Shown here: positions 31,291 to 42,149 of the stretch, piece by piece
How the letters are laid out: every line of letters starts with the position of its first letter
Position numbering within the stretch: the stretch's first letter is position 1
Assembly: GCA_965198225.1 (NCBI GenBank)
Contig: CBDAOY010000009.1
Span: forward strand, 1-64,000
Reading direction: 5' to 3'
Length of the DNA stretch: 64,000 nucleotides
Origin: Terriglobia bacterium
GTDB taxonomy: Bacteria; Acidobacteriota; Terriglobia; 20CM-2-55-15
Translations under genes and position numbers: made by a program
The notes under the pieces: model-generated
Seen by the model: only the letters and a program-made list of their open reading frames with translations
Databases searched by the model: none
What the model was told of the DNA's origin: nothing

Positions 31291-32391
31291 ATGAGCAATA
31301 CAGAGGATTTCATATTTCTGACAACAGGCGAGGGCAGCAAACTCATAAAAGCTCCGAATAGGCCTTACGCACGGGAAAAGCACCTACAGGCGCTGGTGGC
31401 CGAACATCCCGAACTCCTGCTTGCCGGAGACGCTTCTGAAGAGGAAGCCATTCGGTGGATGCTCGTCACTCCAGAGGCAGGCATACCCGACGCCGAGTCC
31501 GGAACCGACCGCTGGTCGATCGACCATATGTTTCTGGATCAGAAGGGCACACCGACTTTTGTAGAGGTCAAACGATCGACCGATACGCGCATCCGCCGGG
31601 AGGTCGTCGGGCAGATGCTCGAATACGCTGCGAACGCGCGCCGGTACTGGCCGGTCGGCAAGCTCAGGGAGCTTGCCGACGAACGTGCAGATGGTAGCGC
31701 CGACTCCCCACTGGCCGATCTGTTGTCCCTGGATCCCTCTGTCCTGGACGCGGACCGGATCGAAGCTTTTTGGCAGACTGTCGATGAGAACATCCGCGCG
31801 GGTCGGGTCCGCCTATTGTTCGTTGCGGACGAACTGCCCAAGGAACTGCGAGCCATTATCGAGTTCATGAACGAGAAGATGGAGACCGTTGAAGTTCTGG
31901 GAGTTGAGCTTCGCCAGTACGCTGGAGAGGGTCTACGGGCCGTGGTTCCCAGGATCGTCGGCCAGACCGAAGCGACCCGGACCGCAAAGCGCAGGCCCTC
32001 CGCATCAAGGCCAAATCTGAACGAAGTCACGTTTCTGAAGACGTGTCCGGATCTCGCCCGTGAATGCTTCGCCGATGCGCTCCAGGAGGCGGGCCGGCGC
32101 GGACTTTCCGTGAAGTGGGCGACGGAATCGTTCAGCCTTCGGGTTCCGCTGGAGGGTGGGGACAGGGCGCTTCTGACTGCGTGGGTTGGCCGAGAGCATG
32201 CCAGTGTCCAGGTTTATCTCAAGGGAGTCGATGACGAAGAAAGGCGACAGGAGGTGAGGCAGCGTTTTCTCGAACTGAGGCGGTTTCGGTCGAGCGGAAA
32301 ATACACTGCGGAACTGCAATTGAACGATTCAGAGGCGGTAACACTCGCCCGAAAGGCCCTCGAGATCATCTGGGAAATTGCCGCCGATTGA
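31291..32391 (+). CDS. PD-(D/E)XK nuclease-like protein (NucS/RecB-like N-terminal domain)
   Basis: [30 protein letters not shown]; GGAGG RBS. Confidence 0.75.
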   Translation: MSNTEDFIFLTTGEGSKLIKAPNRPYAREKHLQALVAEHPELLLAGDASEEEAIRWMLVTPEAGIPDAESGTDRWSIDHMFLDQKGTPTFVEVKRSTDTRIRREVVGQMLEYAANARRYWPVGKLRELADERADGSADSPLADLLSLDPSVLDADRIEAFWQTVDENIRAGRVRLLFVADELPKELRAIIEFMNEKMETVEVLGVELRQYAGEGLRAVVPRIVGQTEATRTAKRRPSASRPNLNEVTFLKTCPDLARECFADALQEAGRRGLSVKWATESFSLRVPLEGGDRALLTAWVGREHASVQVYLKGVDDEERRQEVRQRFLELRRFRSSGKYTAELQLNDSEAVTLARKALEIIWEIAAD

Positions 32392-32500
32392 GCGCCGCAC
32401 AGACTACGCTCCTGGAAGGCCAGAGCGCATCCGCTTAAGACTCCCTCAGGCACTGTCAGAGGAGTGTAGCCCTGGCGAGCGCAACGGAAAAGAAAAAGAG

Positions 32501-32850
32501 GTGAGCCGTTACTGGCACTTTGGGAGGAACGAGACCCATCCGGTGACGCTTTGGCTGACTGGCTTGTCCGGCGCTGGCAAGAGTACGCTCGCCGGATTGA
32601 TTGCTGAGCAACTTAGAAACAGGAGACTCGCTGTGGAGGTGCTGGATGGAGACATTCTTCGCCAGACCCTGTCGAAGGGACTCAGCTTCAGTAAGGAAGA
32701 TCGGGACGCGAATGTCTGCCGCAGCGGGTTTGTCGCCAACTTGCTGAACAGAAATGGCATTAATGTGATTGTGGCAGCGATTTCCCCTTACAGGTCAATT
32801 CGTGCAGAGGTTAGAGAGGCCCAGGAAAAAGCCAGATTCGTCGACCATCT
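32501..32850 (+). pseudogene. cysC: adenylyl-sulfate kinase, C-terminally truncated
   Basis: [37 protein letters not shown]; similarity lost after ~32845. Confidence 0.85.
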
Positions 32851-32927
32851 CGAAGATCGAGCACTGGTCCTACCGTCCGCCGCGAAACGCCGTGTGGGAT
32901 CCTCGATCTGGTCGCTACCCTTGTGCG

Positions 32928-33488
32928 TCATCCATCCGGCTGACGCTTCAGTATCACCGGTACACCCGCTTCCCACTTAACCCAAGGAATATCGCCGTGG
33001 AACGGCGGGGTCGACGCGCGTAACTCCTCCATCGAAGCATCCAGCAACCCCGCGTTCTCTGTCCAGCGCCACGCCAGCACCAGGTATCGCCGGATTACCG
33101 GCAACGGGAAAAACCCCTTGCTATTCGCCCACTCGAAGACATCCTGACCACTCTTGCTGGAATTGCACCACCGGCATGCCGGAACCAGGTTGTCCGCAGA
33201 AGCGGGCCCTTCTCGCAGCCGCGGAATCAGGTGATCCACTGTCTCTGCCGCTTGGTCGCAGTATGTGCAGCGGCCCGTCAGCTTGCGGCGTTCATCTCGC
33301 ACGTCGATGGATGGAAAGGCAGTTTCTCCCGACAGCAACTTTCGTCGCAGCTTCATTGCGATCGCGTAGCACTTGCTGCGAGCCATGCCCTCGTCTCTCA
33401 TGACGTGGAAGGTCATCCGGGAGTACGCGTTGATCAGGTACTCTCGTGCCGTATCGTTGGGCAGAGCGGCGAATCCTCCTCCCGCCAC
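32928..33488 (-). CDS. HNH endonuclease
   Basis: CTYC...VDHLIPR..GP....[13 protein letters not shown]. Confidence 0.88.
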   Translation of the reverse strand: MAGGGFAALPNDTAREYLINAYSRMTFHVMRDEGMARSKCYAIAMKLRRKLLSGETAFPSIDVRDERRKLTGRCTYCDQAAETVDHLIPRLREGPASADNLVPACRWCNSSKSGQDVFEWANSKGFFPLPVIRRYLVLAWRWTENAGLLDASMEELRASTPPFHGDIPWVKWEAGVPVILKRQPDG

Positions 33489-33741
33489 GGGCTAACCGAG
33501 GCTCCGGAGGACGGCCACGACGAAGGCTTTCCAGGCACCGACGACGATACCGGTCGACTGGCTGCAGAAACCGGCCGTCGTGCGCACAGATGAGATGTCC
33601 TTCCGCTCTGGAGCCGACCGTGTAGTTTCTAGACTTACGAGTCTCAATAGACCATCACATGATGCATCGTCTTGGAAACTCAATTACCGACCGCACCAGG
33701 GACACAGTGCGAGTCACAGGAGAGAAGGGGACGATACCCCC

Positions 33742-33856
33742 CCTCAGTGGTCACTTCAAACCCGGCCAAGGATGGTCACCGCAAAACCGGCCAATGGGAT
33801 GGCCCGGGACGGTGGTAGTTTTACCCCTTCTGGAGGGGGCTGGGCAAGCCCGTTTT
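33742..33856. mobile_element. orphan IS21-type end
   Basis: CCTCAGTGGTCACTTCAAA...GGATGGCCCGGGACGGTG...GCAAGCCCGTTTT closely matches 25712-25801. Confidence 0.8.
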
Positions 33857-34594
33857 GGTCCGCCAGCAGCTCCTCCTGGGACGGATACACGGGGTCCGGG
33901 TCCAGAGGGGCTTCGACTTCCCGGGCCTTATCCACTTCGTCATTCATTTTGACCTCCTTTGTTGCGGCCCCAGGGGCCAGACTGCTCAGTTACTTCTGAG
34001 CAATCCTGCTACTCCTCCAATTCTCGAACAAGCCGGAATCCCACCCACGATTCGCTGTTTCTGGAGTATACCCACTTATCAAATGCGTCTTTCCTCCTGG
34101 AAGGCGTCAGCTCAATTAAGTTCCGTGAGTCCCAAGCTTCTTCAGTAGGGTCATAATACAAGTACCCATCGTTCCAAGTGGATCCGAACGCAGCAACCTC
34201 TCCGTCGTCACAGCTATCGGGGTGTTCAGGAGAGCCGTCGAGCGTAAGGTCGTAGGAGTTCCAGTCATTAGGATTGATGGTTATCTCGACGCAGGCCAAG
34301 ACAAGCTCCGAAACATTGCCCACTATGTCGTAGACGCCGATACCGTTCGGCGAAAACCGGCCAACTTCCGCAGTTCGCGCGAAGCCATCTGAACACTTAA
34401 ACGCAAATTCTCCTTCATGGCTGGAGTCCGCTACATTCCCTGAATTGCAGATGTCCGTATTATTCACACGTACCGAGTAAGCGGCCCCCTCGGGCTCTAC
34501 GTACAGCATTGCTGTCTTCGACCCTGCACGAGCGGCATACTGCCACTCTGCGGCACTCGGTAAGCGATAGCGGTGTCCGGTTTCGCGCGACAAC

Positions 34595-36119
34595 TGAGGT
34601 GCTCCCCAAAATTCGGACAGGTCGCTAAGGTGTAAAATCGCTGCCTCGGGAGAGGCAGATGAAGAAGAGACAGAGGAAGCAGTACAGTGCCGATCTGAAG
34701 GCGAAGATCGCGGTGGAGGCGGTGAAGGGACAGCGAACGATCCAGGAGATCGCCTCCAACTACGGGGTCCACCCGAATATGGTGACAAAGTGGAAGAAGC
34801 AGTTGCTCGATGGCGCGTCGGAGATCTTCTCGAACGGGAAAACACAATCGATGGAAGCCGATGAAGAAGTCCGGACCGAACTTTACCAAGAGATCGGGAA
34901 GTTGCACGTCGAGGTGGATTGGTTGAAAAAAAAGCCCGGACTTTCACGTTAGGACAACGACGGCCATGGATCGAATCAAGCCACAAGAAACTGAGCATCG
35001 CCGAGCAGTGCCGGTTGTCGGGAGTGTCCCGGTCGGGACTCTACTACACGCCTGTTGGCGAGAGCACCGAGAACATGGAGTTGATGCGTCTGTTGGACGA
35101 GCAGTACACACGGACGCCGTTCTACGGCGTGCGGCGGATGACTCACTGGCTGGAGAAGCAAGGTCACCGGGTCAATGCGAAACGAGTACGTCGACTCATA
35201 CGGCAGATGGGACTGGAAGCGATCTATCCCAAACCGCGGTTGTCGACGCCGGCACCGGGACATCGGATCTATCCGTACCAGCTACGGGGGCTGAGGATCG
35301 ATCGCCCAGACATGGTGTGGGCCACCGATATCACGTATATCCGTCTGCGGCAGGGGTTTATCTATCTGGTGGCGATCATGGACTGGTACAGCCGGTATGT
35401 GCTGGCCTGGGAAGTTTCAGTATCGATGGACAGCGCTTTCTGCGTGTCGGCATTGGACTGGGCCCTGAGGCATGCGCAACCGGAGATCTTCAACTCGGAT
35501 CAGGGTTCTCAGTTCACCAGCGATGCGTTTACGAGCCGACTCGAAGGCGAGGGCATCCGGATCAGCATGGACGGCCGGGGCCGGTTCCTGGACAACATTT
35601 TCGTCGAACGTCTATGGCGAACGGTGAAGTACGAGGAAGTGTACCTGAAGGACTACATGAGCGTTCCCGAGGCGGTCTCGAACCTGACTGTCTATTTCAG
35701 ATTTTACAATCAGGAACGCGGTCATCAGGTATTCGACTACCAGACACCCGAGGCGATGTACTTTCAAAGTGCGAGGAGCACGGCATCGGTCAAGAAAGCC
35801 GCCATACTCCAGGTTGCCCCAGACGGCGAACGCCGTTGACAAGCGATCCTGGCGCGATCTTTTCTCTGGAAATGTTTATCGGTGGCAAAAAGAAAGAAAA
35901 AAGAACCAAAAAAGAAAGAAAGCTGCAGCATGTGGAAACTGCCGCCGCTGATGGAAATCCTCAAAAAGGATTTCCACAACGGCTTGAAAACAGCCTCGGA
36001 GACTCGGCTTTTTCACAATTACCACAGGCTCGGCGACGGGTAAAATATCAACCCATTTCAACGGCAGCGATCCACCTTAAGATCCGGGATTTTCTGTCCG
36101 AAGAATGGGGAGCCCCTCA
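34595..36119 (+). mobile_element. IS3-family IS
   Basis: TGAGGTGCTCCCC / GGGGAGCCCCTCA ends; 3-bp TSD AAC. Confidence 0.93.
34659..35839 (+). CDS. IS3 transposase OrfA/OrfB with -1 frameshift
   Basis: OrfA HTH (YGVHPNMVTKWKK); A8G slippery site at ~34926-34934; OrfB WATDITY, NSDQGSQF, DNIFVERLW. Confidence 0.92.
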
Positions 36120-36234
36120 AACCACTGTGCATAGGCCATCGCGTCGCGAGTGGTCACGCAGGTTACCGGGTGGGTGTCCGTCTGATCGAATCCCGGACGC
36201 TTCCACGTCCGTGAAGAATTCTTGCGCCGCCTAG

Positions 36235-37771
36235 GAGTCTGCGCGGCAGAGCGCAAAGAACTCGGACTGATTGGGATTTGAGAGGGTCTTCGGAGGAGAA
36301 TCGACCGATTCTTCCGATACGACGAGTTCAGAGTTGTACGGACACCCGTAATTGGCCGTGTATCGGGTCTGCCGGGTTGCGGTTTTCCGGATTATGCCCA
36401 TTCGATCTTCCCGTTCATCCGTCGTAAGTTCACCGCCAGAGTGACCAGATTCCACTCCCCGGTCACTTTGTCCAAACCGCGTAGACTGAACTGTCGGAAT
36501 CCGAGCACCGACTTGATCCACCCGAAGGGCGGCTCACCAATGTGCTTTCGGGCCCGGTAGCGGTCACGCCCACGCTTGGTTTTCATCTTTCTCATCATCC
36601 GACCAACAGCGGTGTCTTTGGGTGGGAGTGGGGCACGGGCGAGATCCTTCTCGCGACCCATCGCAACATACCCGTCAATCTGACGTTGTTCCAACATCCC
36701 CAGATTTGACTCGGATCGATATCCCGCATCGGCCAGCACGCGGTCGGGACGCTCCCCCAGATTGTCGCTCAACGCATCCAGCGTGGGTTCCAACTGCCCC
36801 ACATCCGATGCATTGTCAGTCACCGTTGTTGCCACGATGATCCGGGCCTGGGAATCCACCACCGCTTGCGCGTTGTAGCATTGCTGGAACCCTTCGGTGG
36901 AGGTCTTCATCATCCGGCTTTCCGGGTCGGTGAAGTTGTCCTGGGCCGTGGGTTTAGGTTCCCCCATGGGACGTTTGAATGGCTTCTTTCCGCATCCGGG
37001 TTTGTGATCTTTGGTGTTCCGTCCCGCTTCCTTGTCCGCGGCCATCTGACGTTCTTCGAGCCGCTTCATGGCCGCCTGTATCGTGGCCAGGCGCTTCTTG
37101 CGCGTGGCCAACCCGTCGGGCAGTTCGTCTCCGCGCCGGTCCTTGCCGTATCGCTCGTCTTCGTCCTCATCGGTCGCCTCGGCCCGGTTCAACAGATCCC
37201 GAATCTGTTCACCCAATTCGGTCTCCTGCTTTTTCATGCGTTCGTAGCTCATCGCTTTGCGTTTGCTTGCATTCGCCCGCATCTTGGTCCCGTCCACCGC
37301 CACGGTTCCCATCTTCACCAGTCCCGCTTCCCGCGCCATCATCACCACTTGCACAAACAGGTTTCCGAACTCCTCAAGATGCAGTTTGCGAAAATCCGAG
37401 ATCGTTCGGTGCGCCGGAAAGTTCTCCGCTCCCAACATCCGGAACGCTACGTCGTCGGTCAACTTCGCCGCGATCTTCCTGGACGAGAACACTCCGGTCG
37501 CGTACCCATAAATCAGCACCTTCACCATCATCCGCGGATCAAACGCCTGATTGCCCGGACCCTCGGTTCCATACCGCTGTTCGAACGCGCTCAAATCCAT
37601 CGCGTCCACCGCGTCCGATATGAAGTACGACAGGTGATCTTCGGCCAACCAATCTCTCAACGACGGTGGCATCAGCAGTGTTTGTTCTGGGCTATAAGTC
37701 CGATAGGTTCGTGCCATGACATATCTTCGATCTTTATCCGCCCAATTCCGGTCCTTCTGCCGCGCAGACTC
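36235..37771 (-). mobile_element. IS1182-family IS
   Basis: IRs GAGTCTGCGCGGCAGA; CTAG target duplication. Confidence 0.92.
36392..37717 (-). CDS. IS1182-family transposase
   Basis: FDPRMMVKVLIYGY, AVDGTKM, LADAGY, EPPFGWIK. Confidence 0.95.
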   Translation of the reverse strand: MARTYRTYSPEQTLLMPPSLRDWLAEDHLSYFISDAVDAMDLSAFEQRYGTEGPGNQAFDPRMMVKVLIYGYATGVFSSRKIAAKLTDDVAFRMLGAENFPAHRTISDFRKLHLEEFGNLFVQVVMMAREAGLVKMGTVAVDGTKMRANASKRKAMSYERMKKQETELGEQIRDLLNRAEATDEDEDERYGKDRRGDELPDGLATRKKRLATIQAAMKRLEERQMAADKEAGRNTKDHKPGCGKKPFKRPMGEPKPTAQDNFTDPESRMMKTSTEGFQQCYNAQAVVDSQARIIVATTVTDNASDVGQLEPTLDALSDNLGERPDRVLADAGYRSESNLGMLEQRQIDGYVAMGREKDLARAPLPPKDTAVGRMMRKMKTKRGRDRYRARKHIGEPPFGWIKSVLGFRQFSLRGLDKVTGEWNLVTLAVNLRRMNGKIEWA

Positions 37772-38528
37772 CTAGGGGAGAAATCGTTGTCGCATCCATA
37801 CTTCGGATCGGTCTCCGCTTCGGTGCGATAACGGCTTCCGTCAACGAATTTCTTGAATTCCCCGCGTGTCACCTCATATTTCCCTATCGCAAACGGTTTG
37901 TCGAAGACCACCCATGTGGTGACCTTTCCCCGGTTAATCCGATGCACTGCGTACTGAAAGCGGCCCCTCGCAATCTTGAGCATTTCCGGGGCCAACCCTC
38001 CAGAACGCAACGTGTCCCGCTCAAGCGGAACCCCTGCCGCTTCGATCTGGCGCTGGGCTTGCCCGGTGTTCTCTTTTTTCTCGGCCTCAACCCGCTTTCG
38101 CTCGGCCTCAACCCGCTTTTGCTTGAGCGCATCGAGCTTCCGTTTTTCCTCAATTCTCCTAAGCGCATCTTCAGCGGACTCCAGCAGCTTCAATGCTTCC
38201 GTGTGAAACTGGCCTGTCCTCCCGGCAGACACCAGGTATCTGCTAACGGCGTCAATCGCGTCTTGCGCCTGGCCCACCTTTAGAGCCGCCTCGGCCTGCT
38301 TGTAGTGAAACTCATCGCGCAATCCCATGTTGTGCTCTTCATGCAATGCGAGTATCCGGTCTAGTGCTGCAAGTGCACCCTGATAGTCTGCTTCAGACAG
38401 AAGCCGGTCCACTCGCAACCACTCCCGGTCCACCATGATTTCAGGTGGAAGCTGGGCGGCGGCGCTTTGCATGAATCCAATGGTCAGAATCCAGGTCAAA
38501 ACGATCTTCATGGTATCGGCCTCCTTCG

Positions 38529-38837
38529 CTAAAGATTTCCCAGGCCAACCCCGGAACAAAATGAGACGACGGTCCCGATCCTGGAAGTCCAGTGCAAACG
38601 CTTAAGTTCTATTCCCAGGTGCGCAATGTGAGAAGTGTATGCGGCCTTCTCATTAGCAGAGAAGGCCGTGGTTCTATCAGGCGCACCCGCCAGAACTCTT
38701 GCAATCTGCTGTTCCCGGATTGCTCGTATGATGGCGAGTTCGGCGGCAATCTTCTTTTGCCCCCTCCTTGTAACAAACCACACGGACAGGGCTATTACGA
38801 AGCCTACTAGTAAAACCCAATACGCAGCTTCTTCCAT
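38529..38837 (-). CDS. small membrane protein
   Basis: ATG after GGAG; N-terminal TM helix; upstream of the FGE gene on the same strand. Confidence 0.5.
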   Translation of the reverse strand: MEEAAYWVLLVGFVIALSVWFVTRRGQKKIAAELAIIRAIREQQIARVLAGAPDRTTAFSANEKAAYTSHIAHLGIELKRLHWTSRIGTVVSFCSGVGLGNL

Positions 38838-39079
38838 CTTGATCTCCTGGGCGTCGGGGAAATCGAGGCCGGCGAGGTACGGAATACGACCGTGCCGAGG
38901 CCGACCCCCTAGCGAACGACGTTCGACACAAGCCCGTCGGACATGTCTGCGATGTGTCCGGACTCGGGTGTTACTTCCCTCCTGTCTCACCGCGTTCCAA
39001 TCCGCGCCGCATCGACCTGTATGCCCGTCCCGACGCCCAGCGCCGTTGTCCGGCGCCACAACCGTCCCCGGCGGCGGTT

Positions 39080-41428
39080 TCAGCCCGCGTTCGGCCGGGG
39101 CATGCGGTAGCCGGCCCCGCGGTGGTTGAAGATGTAGACCGGCTCTTTCGGGTCGTCGCCCAACTTGCGGCGGAGCTTTTTAATGAAGGCGCGAATCAGG
39201 TTTTTCATGCTGACCGTGTCGCGTTCGCCCCAGACCTGGCGCAGCAGGTGTCCGTAGGACAATACCCGTCCCGCATTGATCGAGAGCGCGCGCAGCAACT
39301 CGAACTCGGTGGCCGTCAGATCCACCTCGCGGCCAGCCACCGTTACGCGGCGCTGGTCGTAGTGGATGGCCAGCTCGCCCAGCACGAAGGGTTCGGGCTC
39401 AGGCCGCTCGCGCAGCGCCGCCCGAATCCGCGCCGTCAGCTCCGCGGGCGAGAAGGGCTTGACGATGTAGTCGACGGCGCCGCTCTCCAGAGCCTTCGCA
39501 ATCGTCTCGTCGCGGCCGTATGCGGAGATGAAGATGACGGGCTGGTGGGTAAGCTCCGGGACGCGTTGCATCAGTTCGATACCGTCGGCCTCCGGCAGCA
39601 TCAGGTCGAGCAGCACCAGTTCGGGCCTCTCGGTCACGATGAGGTGGGACAACTCCCGATGGTCGCCGGTCACGAGCACGGCGTAGCCGGCCTCGGTGAG
39701 CGCGTCGCGAACATAGCGCAGCGTCCGCGGGTCGTCGTCCACGACGAGGATGTGCTCCTGTTCCCGGCGCTCCCGGAGCGGACCCGACAGGCTCGGCCCG
39801 CCGCCCGCCTCCTCCGCCACCGGAATCGTGAAGCTGAACCGTGTGCCCTGGCCGGCGCCGCCGCTCTCGACCCAGATGCGCCCTCCGTGCGCCTCCACCA
39901 GACCCTTCGAGATGGACAGGCCCAGGCCACCGCCGATCCCACGCTCCCCATCGTCGCCGCCTGCGCCGGCGTACTTCCGGAACAGGTGCGGCAATCGCTC
40001 CGGCGCCACGCCCCTGCCTTCGTCGAGGACCGACACCACGACATGGGCCCCGTCGCGCACCGCGGCGATCCGGATGGGGGACGACGCGGGAGAGTGCCGG
40101 GCGGCGTTTGAGAAGAGGTTGTTCAATACCTGCACGATGCGCCGCCGGTCGGCCATCACGCGAGGGAGATCGGGCGCAAGGTCGATCCCGACGCCGTGCG
40201 TGCTGCCGCCGCTGAGGAACGTGTTCCTCGCCCGGTCCACCAGCACGGTCACCTCCGTGGGCTCGGGCGTCACCGAGAGCGTGCCGGAGTCGATACGGCC
40301 CGCATCGAGCAAGTCGCTGATCAGGCTGCGCATGTGATCGGCCTGCTCGACGATGATCCGGAAGAACTCGCGCATCTCCGCTCGATCCAACGTCGCCGAC
40401 GCTTCCAGCAGGGTGTCGGCGGAGCCTTTGATCGAGGTCAGCGGCGCGCGCAGTTCGTGGCTCACCATGTCCAGGAATTCGGCCCGCAACCGCTCCAGCT
40501 CCTCCAGCGGCGCAAGATCCTGCATGGTGACCACCACCGACTCGACGGCGCCGGCGGCGGAACGGATCGGCGTCGCGTTGACCAGCGTGGTGACACGCCG
40601 CCCGTCGGGGACCGAGAGCACGATCTCTTCCGCGCGCACTGTCGTCGCTTTGATGAGTTCGCTTGCCAGAGGCAATTCGTCGAGCGCGATCTCGCGCCCG
40701 TCGGCGCGCCGGCACGTGATCACCGTGAGAAGCTGCTCGGCCGTGCGGTGGTCCGGCATGTGCAGCCCCTCGACGATGCGCCTCGCCTCCCGGTTGAGCG
40801 ACACCGGACTGCCGGTGTTCGCATCGAAGACCACAACGCCGATCGGCGAGGTCTCGATGAGCGCCTCGAGGTCGGTGCGTGCCCGCTGCTCGTCGCGGTA
40901 GGTGCGCGCGTTGGCGATCGCCGTCGCTGCCTGCGAGGCGAACAGCAGCAGGAGTTCCTCGTCCTCGTCGGTGAACTCTTCCCCGTCTTCTCTCTCCACC
41001 AGATAGAAGTTTCCGACATGCACGCCCCGATGGCGCATGGGCGTGCCCAGGAAGGTCTTGGAGGACGGCAGCAGGTCCGAGGAGAAGCCGAGCCCGCGCA
41101 CGTAGGCGGGCACGTCCGACAACCTCAGCGTGCCCGGCAGGTCGCGGAAGTGCTCGAAGAGCCGCGGCCCGTCGGGCCATTCCACCAGCCGCCGGTGTTC
41201 TTCGTTGGATATGCCGGAGGTGATGAAGTTCTCGGGCTGACCCGCCCTGTCGATGGTCACGATGGCGCCGTAGCGCGCGCCGGTCAGCGCACGGGCGCTT
41301 TCGGCGATTTCTTCCAGAACGGTGTCGAAGTCCAGGCTTGCGCTGATGCGCACGCTGGCCGCGCTCAGCCGGGAGATGCGCTCGCGCAGGGCCTCGATCT
41401 CGCGCATCAGTTCGTCGTGGCTCTTCAT
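39080..41428 (-). CDS. cytoplasmic hybrid sensor kinase GAF-PAS-HisKA-HATPase-REC-OmpR wHTH
   Basis: VSHELRAPLTSIKG, NLFSNA, DEGRG, GLGLSI, ILVVDDD, LLDLMLP, LTATEFELL, IKKLRRKL. Confidence 0.93.
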   Translation of the reverse strand: MKSHDELMREIEALRERISRLSAASVRISASLDFDTVLEEIAESARALTGARYGAIVTIDRAGQPENFITSGISNEEHRRLVEWPDGPRLFEHFRDLPGTLRLSDVPAYVRGLGFSSDLLPSSKTFLGTPMRHRGVHVGNFYLVEREDGEEFTDEDEELLLLFASQAATAIANARTYRDEQRARTDLEALIETSPIGVVVFDANTGSPVSLNREARRIVEGLHMPDHRTAEQLLTVITCRRADGREIALDELPLASELIKATTVRAEEIVLSVPDGRRVTTLVNATPIRSAAGAVESVVVTMQDLAPLEELERLRAEFLDMVSHELRAPLTSIKGSADTLLEASATLDRAEMREFFRIIVEQADHMRSLISDLLDAGRIDSGTLSVTPEPTEVTVLVDRARNTFLSGGSTHGVGIDLAPDLPRVMADRRRIVQVLNNLFSNAARHSPASSPIRIAAVRDGAHVVVSVLDEGRGVAPERLPHLFRKYAGAGGDDGERGIGGGLGLSISKGLVEAHGGRIWVESGGAGQGTRFSFTIPVAEEAGGGPSLSGPLRERREQEHILVVDDDPRTLRYVRDALTEAGYAVLVTGDHRELSHLIVTERPELVLLDLMLPEADGIELMQRVPELTHQPVIFISAYGRDETIAKALESGAVDYIVKPFSPAELTARIRAALRERPEPEPFVLGELAIHYDQRRVTVAGREVDLTATEFELLRALSINAGRVLSYGHLLRQVWGERDTVSMKNLIRAFIKKLRRKLGDDPKEPVYIFNHRGAGYRMPRPNAG

Positions 41429-41562
41429 CTCTACACAAAGACTTCCTGCGCGAGGCCTGGGCCAGCCTGACACCTGCAAGGAAGGAGGCCCTGCGAGCGG
41501 CAGGGAGGCGGCCCGAGAGGACGTCACAGCCGGGTGACGGAGTCGGCCAGGCAATCGCAGCG

Positions 41563-42042
41563 TTGTTCGGCGGTGCAGCCATTGCGGTCGCTGGCGCACA
41601 GAGTGGTGCAAACTCGGAGGACATCTCGGACGCCATTGGCACATTTGCGGAAGGCGTCTTGTCCGGACAACCTGGCGGGGCGAGCGTGGGATCTGGCGCG
41701 GGCGTTTCCGCGCCCGGCGGGCTTAATACCAGTGCCAAGCCAGGAACCACGGCGGGCGTGGGATCGTGCCTGATTCCGGGTTATCCGACCCCTCCCAATC
41801 CGATGAGCCTGGGGCTTTCATGGTGTCCGGCGAGCGTTGATTTTCAAGTGCGAGCGTTTGCGTTGCAGGCGGCTGGAATCCAGTGCGCGATTGCGACGGC
41901 CGAAGCGCCACCATCGGATGAGGTCGTGAGTCGGGCGAGAGCCCAGATTAGCGAGGTGTGCGGCGGGCTGGAAGCCGTGGGCGCGAGGCTGAGCACGGAC
42001 GGCGGCGCGAGCTGTCGCTGCCCGGCTGGCTTCGGGCAATGA
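41563..42042 (+). CDS. Cys-containing hypothetical protein, probably a C-terminal fragment
   Basis: Gly-rich linker then CLIPGYP..LGLSWCP..QCAI..C...CRCP; no convincing start. Confidence 0.5.
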   Translation: MFGGAAIAVAGAQSGANSEDISDAIGTFAEGVLSGQPGGASVGSGAGVSAPGGLNTSAKPGTTAGVGSCLIPGYPTPPNPMSLGLSWCPASVDFQVRAFALQAAGIQCAIATAEAPPSDEVVSRARAQISEVCGGLEAVGARLSTDGGASCRCPAGFGQ

Positions 42043-42149
42043 CCGCACTCCGCGCTCCGGATCGCTGGACGGGCTCGAAAGGGCGATTCAGGGAGGGTCT
42101 TTCTATCGCCGCCTTGAGTCGGCGGACCGGGGGGGCACTGTCAGAGTAA

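Larger units (their letters stand above)
34009..38511 (-). pseudogene. secreted FGE-sulfatase (SUMF1-like) domain protein split by IS1182 and IS3
   Basis: Signal peptide, TPR-like helices, FAIGKYEVT | HPVTCV...AYAQW | LSRETGHRYRLPSAAEWQYAARAG ... GFRLVR; pieces rejoin in frame. Confidence 0.9.

Noticed and set aside
32501-32850. cysC as part of a phosphorothioate or sulfur-modification defence system
   Set aside because: Truncated, and no dnd/ssp or PAPS-reductase genes in the window
32928-33488. HNH gene as IscB/OMEGA nuclease
   Set aside because: Only 186 aa, with no PLMP or split RuvC motifs and no IS200/605 ends seen
34009-34200. Diversity-generating retroelement acting on the FGE gene
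   Set aside because: No template repeat or intact RT in the window; the RT fragments present are group II intron type
38954-41750. Long overlapping ORFs (385, 424, 783 aa) on other frames of the hybrid kinase
   Set aside because: Shadow ORFs from high-GC codon bias; no motifs
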